The notes beneath the pieces were generated by a model that saw nothing but the letters and a program-made list of their open reading frames with translations, searched no databases and was not told the DNA's origin. Shown in pieces: positions 40,850-54,819 of a stretch of DNA of 64,000 nucleotides; position 1 is the first letter of the stretch; each line of letters opens with the position of its first letter. The DNA is from Camelus ferus. Its lineage: Eukaryota. The position numbers and the translations under genes are program-made. Location: NCBI RefSeq assembly GCF_009834535.1, contig NC_045696.1:89902001-89966000 (forward strand). The letters run 5' to 3'.

Positions 40850-40958
40850 AATCCAAAGAAAACAAAAACACTGATTCAAAAAGATACATGCACCCCAATG
40901 TTCATAATAGCATTATTTACAATAGCCAAGATATGGGAGCAACCTAAATGTCCACCAA
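40850..40958 (+). mobile_element. L1 ORF2 3' fragment
   Basis: aaaagatacatgcaccccaatgttcata...tttacaatagccaagatatgg...aacctaaatgtcca. Confidence 0.8.
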
Positions 40959-41348
40959 CTCTGATATTTTCAATTATAGTTCAGTTTTTTTAAGTGCTAG
41001 TGGTGACCCATCAAATCGATTTAAGAAACTATCAATGGATTGTGATCTACAGTTTGAAAAACACTGCTGCAGGGAAATAAAGCATTTGAAACAGGAAAAT
41101 GTGATGAATGGGATGTCTAAGAATGGTTTGTGGTGGGAGTGAGCAAGAAGAATGAAGGAAATTATTTAGGTGGGTATTCAAATTGGCCAGGTAATGAGGA
41201 CCAGTATTACAGTGATGGTAAAGAAAAGGAAAAGATAAGAAAAAAAACATGCCAAAGGCATCATTAGGATAATGACTGTATTCTCTCCTCCTGAGAAAGG
41301 AATAACCAAGTGATGAGGAAAACATGATAGATCATATGTATGTGCACA

Positions 41349-41367
41349 TGGCCACTAGGTGGTGCCA
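41349..41367 (+). promoter_or_regulatory. CTCF motif
   Basis: TGGCCACTAGGTGGTGCCA, a close match to the CTCF core CCACYAGRKGGCRC. Confidence 0.6.
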
Positions 41368-43072
41368 TCAGCCCAAGATAGCTTTGTGGTTGCCCAGATG
41401 GGATGCTGAGAGGCAAGGGAAAAAACCGTCTCATCTGGTCTGTGCTGTTGGTGTTCAGGGTCCATTATTAATTTAACCTCATTCCCTCATTTATAGATAT
41501 AGTAAATGTCTCCTATGGGCTAGGAATAATGTAAAACATGGGGATACAATGGTGAAAACACTAAACGTGGTTCCTGTTCTTACGGTCCAAGAAGATGGAT
41601 ATTGAACAAGTAATTTTAAATGTGATGGATGTTATTAAAGGGGAAACACAGAGAGACCTAATCCAGTGTCGGTAGGCATGGAAAGTCTCATTTTTATAGT
41701 TCTGTAGTCTTGTAGGAACAACAGCCTTAGAAAAAGGATACTTTAAGTGCTGTAAGTTATACTCCTTAATAACAAATTAGCAAATTGGGCAACAGAGATA
41801 CAAGTGAGGTGTTGTGGGCCCTGCTGATATATAGCAACCAAAGACAGGGCTCAAGTCATCACAAAGAGAAATTTTTTAATAATATTAACAAATTTATTAA
41901 TTTGGGATTACAATGTATAAATTCTCAACAAACTATATACTACGAATATCTGTAGGTTTCAATTGGGTAGCTTTCGTTCACTCTATCCATAATTGCCTGT
42001 GGGTAATAAAGTGACGATGTCAGAAGAATGTGTGTCGGGTACCCAGCCTGACTCAGCATTTACCAAGCATAGCAGTCAGCCTAAGGTCTTACTGAAGTTA
42101 ATGATGATTACCAAAAACAACAGAGTCATAAGCAGCCTCCTAATTAATGGCCTGACTAATTACTCTTCTCTGTATGGGCACATGCCAAGCTTCACAGAGA
42201 GAGAGAACACAAATGCACCAGAGTGGCCCAGTATATGGTCTCAAATAGAACGGAGTCGCAGCCTCCCCGCCCTTCCCACTGACTGTCTACCACAAAGCCC
42301 TGTTGAGCATTCAGAATAACTGTAATGTTCCAAGGGGGAATAACCGATCAACTGTTATGACACCACTATCACTTAACTTACGGTCATTTCAAGTAGCTGA
42401 GATGATTTACATCAGCACCTAAGTCAGCTACAGCTGTAATGAAATGCCTAATCTGCTCACTCAAAGCACACCAATTTTTCAATCAAATTTGACAGCTTTG
42501 AAGGACACAGGCCTGTCCTGAAGCAGACCAGGAAGACCTTCAGAACTCCAGGCAAGTGGGTAGGGTTGTCCCAACTGGCAGCCACTGCTAGGACAAAGCA
42601 TGAAAGTCCTGTGTGTTTTGAGGGAAGACTTTAAATTCCATCCCTGGAATTCCTCAATCAGGACTGGGAAAAATAAGCACACAAAGCAGACTGGCCATTT
42701 CCAGAAGCTTTGTAGCTTTCTCAGGCTTCTAGATAATCAGAGGGAAAGAACAGAGGAAGGGGGAGGAGGCAGAAGTCTACACATAGACCATTAATCTTCA
42801 CATATCTTCCTGTCAGCACAGAGCTGGGAAAGATACATGTTGGTGTTAGTGAGGGACTTAATATAGAATTGTGGTCAATTAGCAAGGGAAAAAAAAAAAA
42901 CTTCTACAGTTCACTTCCTATATTAAAATCAATAATAAAAAAACAGCATAGCCAGATTTAATAAATAAATGAGCTGAGCCGAATACCGCAGAGAAAGTGT
43001 GTCTTCAGACAATTAAGCTAAATGAGGTTACTGAACAACCAAAAAAAAAAAAAATCTAAAATGCATGTAGAC

Positions 43073-43257
43073 CACTGGTTCTCAACCCCAGATCCTCATT
43101 AGAATCACATGAAGGAAGCTTTTAAGAAATACTGATTCTAGGACCTCACCCCCAGGGATTCATACTTGAGTTGTCTGGGGTTGGGGGAGCTTAGGCCAGC
43201 GCATTTTTATTAAACTCCCTGGTGATTGTAAGTGCAGTCAAGATGATGAACCACTGA
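43073..43257. mobile_element. MER5A-like hAT-Charlie MITE
   Basis: cactggttctcaacc...attagaatcac...ctccctggtgatt...gaaccactg. Confidence 0.7.
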
Positions 43258-43529
43258 TCTAATGTCATTATCACACTAATCACCATAGAACACAAAACCT
43301 TCTTTCCAGTTTCAGCCAAAAGCCTTCAGGTATTATTGTTTACATATAACTAGCGATGGTGGTAGCGAGAGGGAGGAGGAATATCAAACTATTTTATTCT
43401 TATTTATTCATATTAATGAGAACCAGGTAAATTAAACAAGGGTAAATTAACAAGGGTAAATGAAAGCCACAGGTAAGCCAGAAACTTCATTTGATCAAAT
43501 GAACCTGTTCTTCAAGTGCTAACATGGCA

Positions 43530-44960
43530 AACTCTTAGAATCACAGACATGGGATGAACTTGAGAGTCTGCCTGGTTCAAACAGCCCCCCAGGCGGGTAG
43601 GGAAGGAGCTCCATCGAAGGCACCACGCTATCATGCGAGCCTCGTTTCATGCGCTCAAGAAGACTGTCAAGCCAGGGTGGGAAAATAGGCTCAAGGTGGT
43701 TAAGTAATTTTTCTAGACTCAGAAAGCCAGGAAAAAGCAGAAAGAGGAATCAAATCCAGGGTCTTCCATTTTCAGGAATGCTTTCCGCAGCATCTCAGAT
43801 GGCTGGTCATGTGCACTCCCCTTGGGTACTTCTGGTATCAGCTCACTCCTTAACAAAGAAGTCCACTCTGGTGGGCAGGCTGAATCTTTACAAAATTTAC
43901 CATATTTTTTTCTCTGAGTCACAAAGCTGTTTCTCCATAAATCCTGCTCATTGATTCCTGTTCTGCTTGCTAGAGCAAGAAGAGCAATTTAGCCCCTCTT
44001 TACAGGAAAATTCCTTCAGATGTTTAAGAACAGCTGTTATGTTTCCTCTGAGATTGCTTTTCCCCAAGCTACACATCCTCAGCTCTTTGAAGCATAGTTT
44101 CGCATGATTCCAGAACTCTCACAATTTTAAATGACCTCCTCTGGTGCTCCTGGGGAGGTCAAAGTGCGTTTTAATGGGGCGCCCAGACCCAAGCATGGTG
44201 ACACTCACAGGGACTTGCCAGTGGGACTGAGTGGTTGTGAGCAGGAGCTCTGGTGGCAGTGAACCTGAGCTTCATTCTCATCCTCCCCACTCTCAGCTGA
44301 GTGTAGTGAGACAAGTGCTGAAAGCTCTCTGAGCCTCTTTCCTCATCGGTTCAATGGAAACAATAATGCCTACGTCAAAAGGCCATGATCAGAATTCGAT
44401 GGGGAAACATCTGTAAGCGTTCAGTAACTGCTAGAGTGCTTTGTACATACTCAATTCATGGTAGTTCATTTTTTCTATTTCTATCTTGACAACGTATGCC
44501 TATTAGTCAGAGTAATATTGTGGTAATATTTTTAAAAGCCACATAAAACTATGGTCTCGTGTTAATATCAGATAAAACCTGTAAGCATTTATCCACGATC
44601 TGAAATCAGAATACATCTTTCACATGCTCTAATTGTACAATTTTCTTAAAAACCTACATGGAAGACTTTACTTTTACCTTTGTTCAATTTCATCTCTATT
44701 TTTCTTGCTTTTAATTCCAGCTCAGTTTCGTTCCATTCTGCAGTGCTGTTTCAAATGTTCATTCCATTAGTCTTGGTGTTACCCTTGTGCTTTCTGCAAA
44801 TTTTTTGACTTCCTTCTATACACCTCACTGATTTAAAGCCAAAGACAGGGCAGGGTTAGTTGCAAGCCCTCCGACATACCATCAGGGACATCTTCTGGCA
44901 TCATATTACTCTGTTAATCAGTACAGCTTGTGTATTGTAGCTCAACTAGCCATACATCCA
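43530..44960 (-). mobile_element. Degraded L3/CR1 LINE with MIR insertions
   Basis: tagaatcacaga..., ccttcagatgtttaagaacagctgttatg...ccccaagctacacatcctcagctc; MIR at ~44230-44460. Confidence 0.45.
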
Positions 44961-45098
44961 TCTCAAATGAGCCACATTCCTGGCCAAAATGATATCATAA
45001 AATAAATTTACTTCTTTATTTCTGTCTTTGTCAAGTAGTTTTTTTTTAATGTAAGCTTTTCAGCATCAACCTTAATTTCTGTTAGTATTTTTACTTAC

Positions 45099-45163
45099 TT
45101 TTCAAGTAAATATTTTCCATCATTAACTTGTTTTAAAGGATTCTGCAATCTTTTCAGTTCTTC
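45099..45163 (-). CDS. IQCJ: IQCJ / IQCJ-SCHIP1 internal coding exon (exon 2), 65 nt: [21 protein letters not shown](N)
   Basis: Minus strand reads tcttttctttttcacag|GAAGAACTGAAAAGATTGCAG...CTTGAAAA|gtaagt. The peptide matches the recalled human IQCJ N-terminus ([22 protein letters not shown]). It ends in phase 2, matching the next exon. Confidence 0.93.
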
Positions 45164-47289
45164 CTGTGAAAAAGAAAAGAAGTGTCTTACAAATTGATTG
45201 CATGTACTTATGGGTTATAATATTTCAGGACAACTGTTAACAAAATTGAGATAATCACCATTAAGAGTTCTGGGCTCTGCAATGGATAAGTGCTTAAACA
45301 TACAATTTGATTCTTGATCAAATTAAAATACAATACTGCCACTCGAATTGTGTGATTTTTTTTTCCCATCACTAAAGATAATGTTTCCTGTTATTCTTCC
45401 AGAGTAAGGATGTGTTTATGTGGATCTATCCACACTCTTCCAAATTTACTCTGTTAACAGCATTTTGTTTGCCGGTTGCTGCGTGACGGACGCTAAGGGA
45501 CATGAGATGGGTTTGGCCATTTAGCAAACATCCTCTCTTGTCTCTTGGTAACTCTTTTGGTAACCTCATCCCCGAGCCCCAGTGCTCAGACACATACATA
45601 CACACAAACGTGCACACACTCCTGCTCTGAATGTCGGGCTTCCACAGTCCCCGTAATCCCATTGCCTCAGCTTCAGAGACATGAAAGAAGTTGGCCCAGG
45701 TTCCTGGTGAGACTGCCTGTCCCCAGTCTTGTTAGTCACAGCAGGATTTAAGGAAGATCCACAGAAGTCTGGTCCTGGGGAGACCACCATTCCTTGAGGT
45801 CACCCCACTGGTCTCACATCAGAAACTGCTGAAATGTCATGAGGAAGCCCCAATTAGCACTAATCACTCATTCGCCCCTAAAAGACCATCAGGACTGGTC
45901 TCAGCATGCTTCTAACCCACCAGACATCCACGTCTCCTAGGCCATCCCTAGGTCAATCCCCATTCCCCATTTGTTCAACTTCATACCACACTGTACATCA
46001 GCACATCCCATCCTCCCTCCAGTGACATAAGCAATAAATTCAGGTCATATAAAAGGTCAGGTTTAAAGCTACTTTTACACAGAAAGGAAATAGGGTGGAT
46101 AAGAATCCTTAGATATTCTTGAAAACAAGAAGTGGATTTTTAGGTCGTGAACTTGCTCTTTCTCTCCCCCTGCATTACGATTAGGAGAGAGACTGAGCCG
46201 TCTTCTCTTACACATGCGCGTGATGTGTTTTCTTCTCCTCTTTTTCCCTGGGCATCTGGGGGGCAAGAAAGCGCGGGCTTTTGCACTCCGTGCCAGCTAC
46301 TCTATTTGCCTTGGTTCCTTCATTTGCAGGGAGCTGTGGGGAGGGGGCAGGAGGGCTTTGATGCAGTACTTTATTCAATCTAACTGTCTACATTCTAGGA
46401 AATCATATTAAACATAAGGTCAATGACTAACAAGAGCTTTCTGAACAGCTGCTCTGCTGACAATTTGGAGGATTGATTTCATCATTTGGTTACTTAAGCT
46501 AACTATACAAAAGCACTTCAATTCAACTGGCCTGGAAGTTCCAAACTGCATCCTGTTTTCTGGGAAATGGATAGGAATTTGGCTTGCTCAATGGATCTTC
46601 GCCCAGAGTTTCACTCTTTGAGAAAGTTTTAATTTGCCATTAAAAACATATACAAATTGGTCTTTCTCATCATTGGTTTCTTCCCTTACTCTTCATTGTT
46701 TCTGGTTTCATATCTAAATGTGCCATTTCCCTGCTAGAAACCAACGCAGCTGCCTGGTGCTTTCAGATGGATTCCAGGACCTCAGCCACAGCCTGATTGT
46801 CTCTCCAGATGAAACTTCACCCAATCCTGAACTCCCATGCTCTCTTACTGGACATTCGAGGACAGCTGTGTCCCCAACTCTGCTACCGGCCCACTCTCAT
46901 TCTTCCTTCAGAGGCCCCCCACATTTCCCTCTTCCATGGAGCCTTTCCTAACTTAGCATGAGGGCCTGGTACCTCATCCTGCTTCCTAGTGATCCCTGTT
47001 TTAGCAATGCCCCTTACCCACCCAGGCCCACCACTGAGCTCCTTGAGGTCAGAGATGGTGACTCACTCACCTTGAGGTGCCTTATTCCCCCAATGAAACA
47101 TTTAGTTGGTACCTAATAAATATCTGTAGAATAAATGAATTGAATGCATTGATCTGACTGAGAGGAAAAGAAATCTTAGCAGCTCAATAGCCCCCAAATC
47201 CCAAGAAACTATATGTCCTCTGGTGACTTTTCTCTGTCTCTCCAGATACACTCACTCTCTCTTTTTTTTTACTCATTCTGTAGCTTTCT

Positions 47290-47810
47290 TTTTTATTTAA
47301 CATTATATTTTTCCAGCTTTATTGAGGTGTAATTGACAATTATAAATTGTACATAATTAAGGTGTATATTTGACATTTGTACACCTTGTTAAATACTGCC
47401 ACAATCAAGCTAATTAATACATCCATCATCTCACATATTTTTTTTTTGGTTGGAATAAACTTATTTCATCTGTCTATAAACAAGGTGTGTAATAGTTACG
47501 GCATTTTTAAAATGCATATTACATCAGGTGAGTTAGACGGTATCCCAGATGTAACAAAAAACAGAAAAAGAAATGGACAAATTAGTAACAAGACTACCAT
47601 TTTCTTTTCTTTTTTCTGTGTGTGAGTATGGTGAGAACACCTAAGATCTACCCTCTTAGCGCATTTCGGGTTCCCACTGCAGTACTGTTAAATAAGTACA
47701 CTGTTGCACATTACATCTCCAGAATTTACTCATCTTGCATAACTGACACTTGGTCCCCCTTGACTTCCCATTTATACTCTTTGCTCATCTCCACTCTCCT
47801 CTGTGCTCCA
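47290..47810 (-). mobile_element. L1MA-like 3'UTR interrupted by an insert
   Basis: cagctttattgaggtgtaattgacaa...cacaatcaagctaattaatacatccatc...ggtgagaacacctaagatctaccctcttagc. Confidence 0.75.
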
Positions 47811-50800
47811 GGGGACTCAAAATTAGACTTTATCAAGCAAACCTCTTAGTTTTGTGGCTCTGGATAGGGTTTGAGCAGTGGAAGGCACTGGCACGAGATC
47901 AGAGGGGAACAGAAGAGAGCAGCTGGAGGATTTATTCTGTTCCCCTCTCTTTCTAGAGCACAGGTTGGCGTCACTGAAGGCCACAGCTTCCGTGGGACGG
48001 CCTCTGCCACTTGGCCATTGTTGCCACATTCCCGTAACTGCTCCCTTTTCTCACCCCTCCCAGACATTTCTTTCCCACTGTTCCCTTCCCTCCTCTTTCG
48101 CTTCCAGTTTTTGCTAGCCCCAGATGCTCCACCATCCCCCGTGGTCCTCCCTACACCCTGCCCATATCCACAGGCACATCCTTCACCCTCTTCAGTGAGT
48201 CCTCTGTCTTCTCCCTGAACTCTGGCTCATAAGTCTCAAAGATCGTAAGTTTGCTTTTGTTTGCCCTATCCTTGCAATTCATTTTCTATAATCCAACAAA
48301 TTCAATTAATAGTATTAACTAATTACATTAATTAACAGAAGAACATGTTTTTCTGATGGCTGTTCCCTATCAGAGAAGTTGTCCCAACTCAAGGGCCTAA
48401 CCTCAATTTTCTGGCTCAGTTTGACTCACCAGGTAAGGGGACAATTTCTACCATGCTTGATTTAACTTTTTTGACATCTGGCTAAGCCCCTCTGCAAGTA
48501 CAAGTGAATTACTCAAGTATAACCCAGACAGAGAGCATTCCCTATTCCTTAATCTCATTTTTCCAAATGAAATCTGTGCTGTGAGTGCCTGTGAACTGTA
48601 GGCTGTACTATTAGCGGGAATAATTGACTGCTTGCCAAAATAAGCCCATGCTTCCCACTGTCATTAGAACTGTTCCGAAGTCACTTAGGTGTGAACCCTT
48701 ACGCTGGATGGTGGATTCTGGATCTTGTTCTTTTGTGTCTGGCTTCCCCCTCCCACTTTAATCCTGCAGGTTCTTCTCCTGTCACAAACAGGAGAGTACA
48801 GCTAAGAGGCTAGACGAGCTCTGCTCTGCGGCCACTTAGCCGGCCGCGTAACCTGACCACTAACAAAACACTCTTCTTGGTTTTTTTTTTTTTTTTTTTC
48901 CCTGTTCCTGCTACTTCTACTGTCTAAACAAGCAGGGTATGTTCTTTGGACAAGATTAAAATCAGAAATCCACTCAAAATTGCTTTTTCTCTAAAGTGCA
49001 CTTGCGGCTAAATGGCAAACTTTTAACTTTTCCAACTTATGTACTGGCCATTTTATTCTCAGCATATCCCGGAGCACTTAAGGTAACTTAAAACACGTGA
49101 ACACAATCTGCAATTTGCTTCATTGTGTAGCTATAGGTGACAAAGCCTGTACCACTTACACACGTCATTTTTGAGCTGGGAATAATTTCGTATTAACCTA
49201 AGGGTAAGTATTTAACAAAAGGTAAAAGCCAAAATTACTTTGACCCTTTTGACTATTCAATCATTCAGTTAAACATCACCAGGCTTCCTCAATCTCCTCC
49301 TATCACCACCCCATCACCCTTTTTTTAATGGAAGTGTAACAAGGGCACTAAAAAAGGGGTTACTAATGTTTGCATAATTTGGAAAAGTAGAAGACATAAA
49401 ATCTATACTAATTTTAGCCCTGCATCATTAAACATGAAATATTGATTATTGCTCTTTGCAACAGAATTTATGAAGCTAGCTAGGCTGCTGGGTCCACATA
49501 AAGTGATTCTGATGCTCTGCCCTCGGACCTCAGTGGCTGTAAATGATGTTCCTTGGTGACAGCTGGGAGACTGGCATTCTGATCCACAGCCTTAAGAGAT
49601 ACATTTCCCAGATTAGACCAGGAATGACCCAGCTGCACAGCCCAACTTCAGAAAATTAAATTGGAGGGAGTCCAAACCTCTGTTGAAATAACTGTGTGAA
49701 TTACAGTGCTTCCCTGGGCCTTGTTATAATGTAAATGTGCTTTACAATTTACTGCATTTCCCTCCTACCCCTGCTATGAATATGGGCATTAATAGTCATC
49801 TCATATATTTAAAGGCAAAAAGGCATCAAAAATAAAAATGCAACATTCATGTTTTCTCCCTTTGGAAAGCAAAGACTAAACTCCTTTGTCTCTCTCCCTC
49901 TTTTTTTTTTTTTTTTTGCCGTTTTTTGCAAAAAGAGTATACATTTTGTTTATGTATTATGCATTAATGTTTTTTATGGCTGACAGACCTGTAAATTTCA
50001 GGCAGGGCAGTTACCTTGCAGCTGAACATGAATTTCTTTGGGAGGAAAAAAAAATGGCTAATAGGACATCAACAGCTCATTTAAAGGCTTCATTCAGGTA
50101 AGTTATGGGCACATGAGGCATATATGAGGTAGTAGAGTTCAAAAGAGATTTGATTTGCCTATTTCTAGCCCTTTAAGAACATTCTGAATGTCCGATGAGA
50201 TGCAGAGGTGCTGTGGTTTTATGGTGACAATCACTGAGTGAGGTGATACTGGCCTCACTATGTAAGGTCTCAGTAGCATGATTATTTATTGCCTCATACA
50301 CAGTGAAAATTACAAACTTATACACATACAATATGATCATGGGAACTGCTGTAATAGCTCATTCTTTATTCTTGTTTGACCAACCAGGCTATGTTTGTAG
50401 GCATGAGGACATAAATGCCTTTGACCGCCAAATCTGAGGGTGCCAAACACCTGAGCTCATTTGAACACATGCCAAAGAGAAACATTCTACATGAAAATCC
50501 AATTATGACCATTTAAGTCATTGGTCACCTTGGATCTGAGATGATTTCAGTTGCTAAGAGTCTCCTGGAAGTAGATGGCGGGGGAGGGTACCAACTTGGA
50601 AGGGTACACTTACAACCTGATCACCCAAGTCCATCCCATGCCCTAATTTGAATAAGCACCTACAACTCCATCCGGCTGTACTAGAAAGCCCCAGTGGACC
50701 CAGAACTGTCAGACAGGGGAAGCCTGCCCAATGTTATGTTGAAAAATATCCGTTAGGCTTAAGTGTACCCCTTCTCCTTTCCCTAAGTGTGCATAATGTT

Positions 50801-51814
50801 CTCAAGAACTTTTGCTAGTTTTAAATCACAGGCATTCTAAGGTTACTGTTACAGAATGAACTCATTACAAAAAGTCTTAACCACTTCTACTAAATCTAGG
50901 AAATAAGAAAGTAAAACGCTATTAGTAATAATTTTAAATTGGTCACTCTATTGTTATTTCAGCTTGTAAATCAACTATACTTTCATGAAAAAAAAAGTTA
51001 TTTCAGCTTAACACTAGGACAACCATGAAAACTCAACTGAGACTGAAATACTAGGTTCAACTACTAGGGTGTAGATATTTTTGCATCTTGTATATTTCTG
51101 CTTTTTGAAAAAAAATTCTAGATACCACATTTCAAGCAGAAAACTCAAATACACGTATACATACAAGCCAGCAAATAAACACGTGTCAGAATGCAAACCG
51201 AATAGCAAAGGTGGAAGGGTAAGCCCATACACCAACTCCAGGTGTCCTGTGCCAAAGGACACAAAAACAAAGTGCAAGCAATCAGAACACATAACTCCCA
51301 AATCAGTTATACCTGATTCTAGAATGCCCTTCAACGCAGTGTAGCAAATGCTGTTCAGATTAGATTTTTTGTTTAGTCCAATTGGAAAACGAGTTTGCAT
51401 TTCTTATGCATTCACCAAGTGACTGTGATGAAGGAACTCAAATGCATGCTGGGAAGAGCTCTCCTATCATGCTCTGCAGCACGTCAGGCCTGCCCATCTC
51501 ACCTTTTCTGCTCCCTCCACTACCAGCCGTGTTCAGGAGCATACTGACATCACCAGGACTGGGTTGCATTGGGTTGCCTAACTGCTTTTCTTTAAGTGCA
51601 TTTCCAGTCATTTAACGTTCCTGTTCATAAACCCTACTGCCAGTGTGAACAAAAATAATTATTAGGGTTAAAAATACTGTTGATCTCCTAACCCCAGTAT
51701 TGCTCTTTCTAAAACTTCTGAAATTCTTTAAAAAGTTCACCGCAAATGCAATTTTGTGTATTTTAATATTTCCTTCCACAGCTAATTGTGTGTCATTTCT
51801 TTGAACTACTGTTA

Positions 51815-52600
51815 TTACTACTAACGTTTATTGAATTTTACTAGGTGCCAGGCACTTTGCGTAAATTCTCTTTTAAAAATTATGGCTGCAGTCCCATAAA
51901 AATAGCAAAAGATGCAATCGTTATTCCCATGATCTGAATAAGAAAACAGACTCCAAGAGATTAAGTAATTTGACCAAGGTCTTAAAGGAGAAATGGCATG
52001 CCAATCAAAGCAATCTGATTCCAGAATCTAAACTTCATCCTCTTCACTCTTTCCTCATGAATGACGTGGAGCCTGCAACAGCGTGAGCAGCCGCGATATA
52101 GCACGGATGGTGCCTGTAAAAAAGAAGTCGGAATGTTCTCTGCAAAGTACTCAGACTTCTTATCTGAACCAGATGTACCATCTACCCACTGTGTGACCTT
52201 AGATAACCGACTGACTCCCTGGCATCTCGCTTTCATCATTTCTGAAACGATGACAATGTCTACTACACAGTGTTTTGTGAGGATCCACGAAAATAACATA
52301 TTTTAAAGTGTTTTACATACAATAAATTGCCAGCCACCCATAAAGACATTCCTTAAGTGCCTGTTTTACTATAGACTACAATTATGTCTCTCTTGTCTTG
52401 TCATTCCTGTGGTGCCCACCTCTGCTCCATTCTAGCTGCGTGATCTTGGGCTGGGTGAACCCTCTGAGCCTCAGTTTCATCACCCTTAACATGCAGACAC
52501 TAATTGTACCAAATTCCAAGCGCTACTATGAGACTTGATGATTAAAAACTCATGTAAATCATTCAGTCTTGCACTGGGTACATAGTAGGTGCTCAGTATG
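51815..52600. mobile_element. Cluster of three MIR fragments (one minus, two plus)
   Basis: MIR core matches at ~51820-52040 (-), ~52170-52330 (+) and ~52430-52600 (+). Confidence 0.6.
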
Positions 52601-54456
52601 TTTGTTATTTTCATTATTCTTAAATGTTTATTAGTGTTCTCTCTCCAGCCCCTCCAAAACATAGGTGTGCACCTCGACACCTTCTCCTGGCTCACTCTAA
52701 ACCCGTTTCCCATTAGTCACCCAGCTCTGCCAATTCGACTTCCTAATCATCTCCACAGCATACCCTTTCTGTTTCCACTGCCCTTTGTTAAGGACTTATC
52801 ACCTGCTGGAATAAGCAACCCCAAATGCTAACCTCGTCCTTAAGTCCATCACCTGCTTGAAACACTTCTCACCTCTCCTCTCCTAGCAGATAGAGCCCTT
52901 ACCCCGGGGCCTGCCAAGATTTCACTGAGATTCTGTGTGACCGGCCCCATCTGTTCCTCCAACCCCCTTCCCTGACTACCCCACGCTCCACTCCACTTAA
53001 TCCTCCTGGAGCATCAACATGTCATTAAAACCCCAACTGAAGATCGGGCATTCCAAAACTGGGAATGAGTCAGTCCATGCATTAGTTGAAATAAAACGAT
53101 GAAGATATTTTTAAAAACAGAAACAAAATAGTAATAATGCATTATAGTGCATATGTTATCCTCAAATAATACAGCATCATCTCAATTATCTGGAGAGTGG
53201 TCCCTCAGAAAACACTGCACTACATGGAACACAGCTGGATGTAAGGTCCTCTGAGTTCCAAACACCCCTCCCACAGTCCCTGAACCCACCCATTTCACCT
53301 GTAAAGTCTTCATTTAGGGTTTTCTTTAGAAAACAATTCTTTAGCAAATTTAATCTTATTGTTTCCTAACTTGCAGCAAATAAAAGAATTCAAAAGGATG
53401 AGATTATCAGAAGTTGTGAGGTGAGCTGTTCTCAGACTAGATGTGGGAGGAAGAGACAGAGAAACTAAAAAGTAGATCCTGAGCTATATTTTCACTTTAC
53501 ATATGAAGGAAGATTCTTACTGCCTGGAATGTTGCCTTCTCTTGAAAACTTCCTGGAAGTTTCCCCCTCTCAAAGTAAATGTTGCTTCTCTGAAATCTTG
53601 TGTGAATGTGTTATGCTCAGCATCGCCCTTATATTGCCCGTATTTTATTTTTCTTAATATCACCTAAGCGTTTAAGGGTAGAATTTATTTTTTTCATTGA
53701 ACTTTTAAAGTATCTTTCAAACTTGCAAATCCTACTTATGAACTTAGCAAACTGGGGTGTGCAGGCAACAGGCCAGGGGCACACAGAGCTTAAGATTAGG
53801 GCGCATTTTCCAGGGGTTCATTTTTACTTCATGGATAACAAATGCATGATTTTAGAACAAAGTCCAAAGTTTGTGTTAATTTTAAACTGAAAACAGAAGG
53901 CCTAATATAAAGGTTAGGTTTCTATATGGCTATTTCTTCCCACATCCCCTAACAATAATATCCATGCTAAGCATTTTCTGCTTTCAATACTTCTGGGTGA
54001 GAATTTGATACATACTACCCTAGTCAGGAAGGAAAGTGAGTATCATGTGTTTTTAAAATTAAGACTGCTGGCAGGTGTGCAACAGTATGATTTCTAGCAA
54101 TGCTGGATGCAATTCCAAAAATTCTGTACTTGTAAGGGTAACATTGTTCTTTTTGACACCGTGGGACTTTATTTCTAGTTCTCTTAGGCACTCCTTGGTT
54201 GTGGAAGGGGGAAGGGGAACCCATGTATATCTGTCCATATGAGATCAAATGAAAAAGGCATAATATACTTAGGGAAGGGAAAACTTACTTCTATACCTGA
54301 CTGCCCACCAGACCCAGTGGACGCTGAACTTTCTGGGCTTGGATTATGACTTCACGAGTACATCAAGTATGATAAATCTAGCATCCAGCATAATTCTGGA
54401 CACAGCAATAACTTCGGTGTTAAGAGGAATATTCAATAAATATTCATTAAAAGATG

Positions 54457-54623
54457 AAAGATTCCACGTATAAGTGATATCATATGATATTTGTCTTTCT
54501 CTGTCTGGCTTACTTCACTTAGTATGATAACTTCTAGGTCCATCCATGGTGCTGAAAATGGCATTATTTCATTCTTTCTTACGGCTGAGTAGTATTCTAT
54601 ATACATATATAGATATAGACACA

Positions 54624-54662
<39 letters not shown>

Positions 54663-54819
54663 CTTTATCCAGTCATCTGTCGATGGACATTTAGGTTGCT
54701 TCCATGTCTTGGCTATTGTAAATAGTGCCGCTATGAACACTGGGGTGCATGTATCTTTTCAAATTAGAATTTTCTCCAGATATATTCCCAGGAATGGGAT
54801 TGCTGGATCATATGGTAAT
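54457..54819 (-). mobile_element. L1 ORF2 C-terminal fragment with internal (TA)/(CA)n
   Basis: Track peptide EYYSAVRKNEIMPFSAPWMDLEVIILSEVSQTEKDKYHMISL; similar to 57020-57335. Confidence 0.88.
54598..54661. repeat. (TA)/(CA)n microsatellite inside L1
   Basis: Direct read. Confidence 0.9.

Noticed and set aside
43426..43461. ~15-bp tandem unit ggtaaatta(a)acaag; similar small duplications at ~24038-24082 and ~62261-62286
   Set aside because: Ordinary slippage micro-duplications; not an array (no repeat-spacer or CRISPR-like structure).
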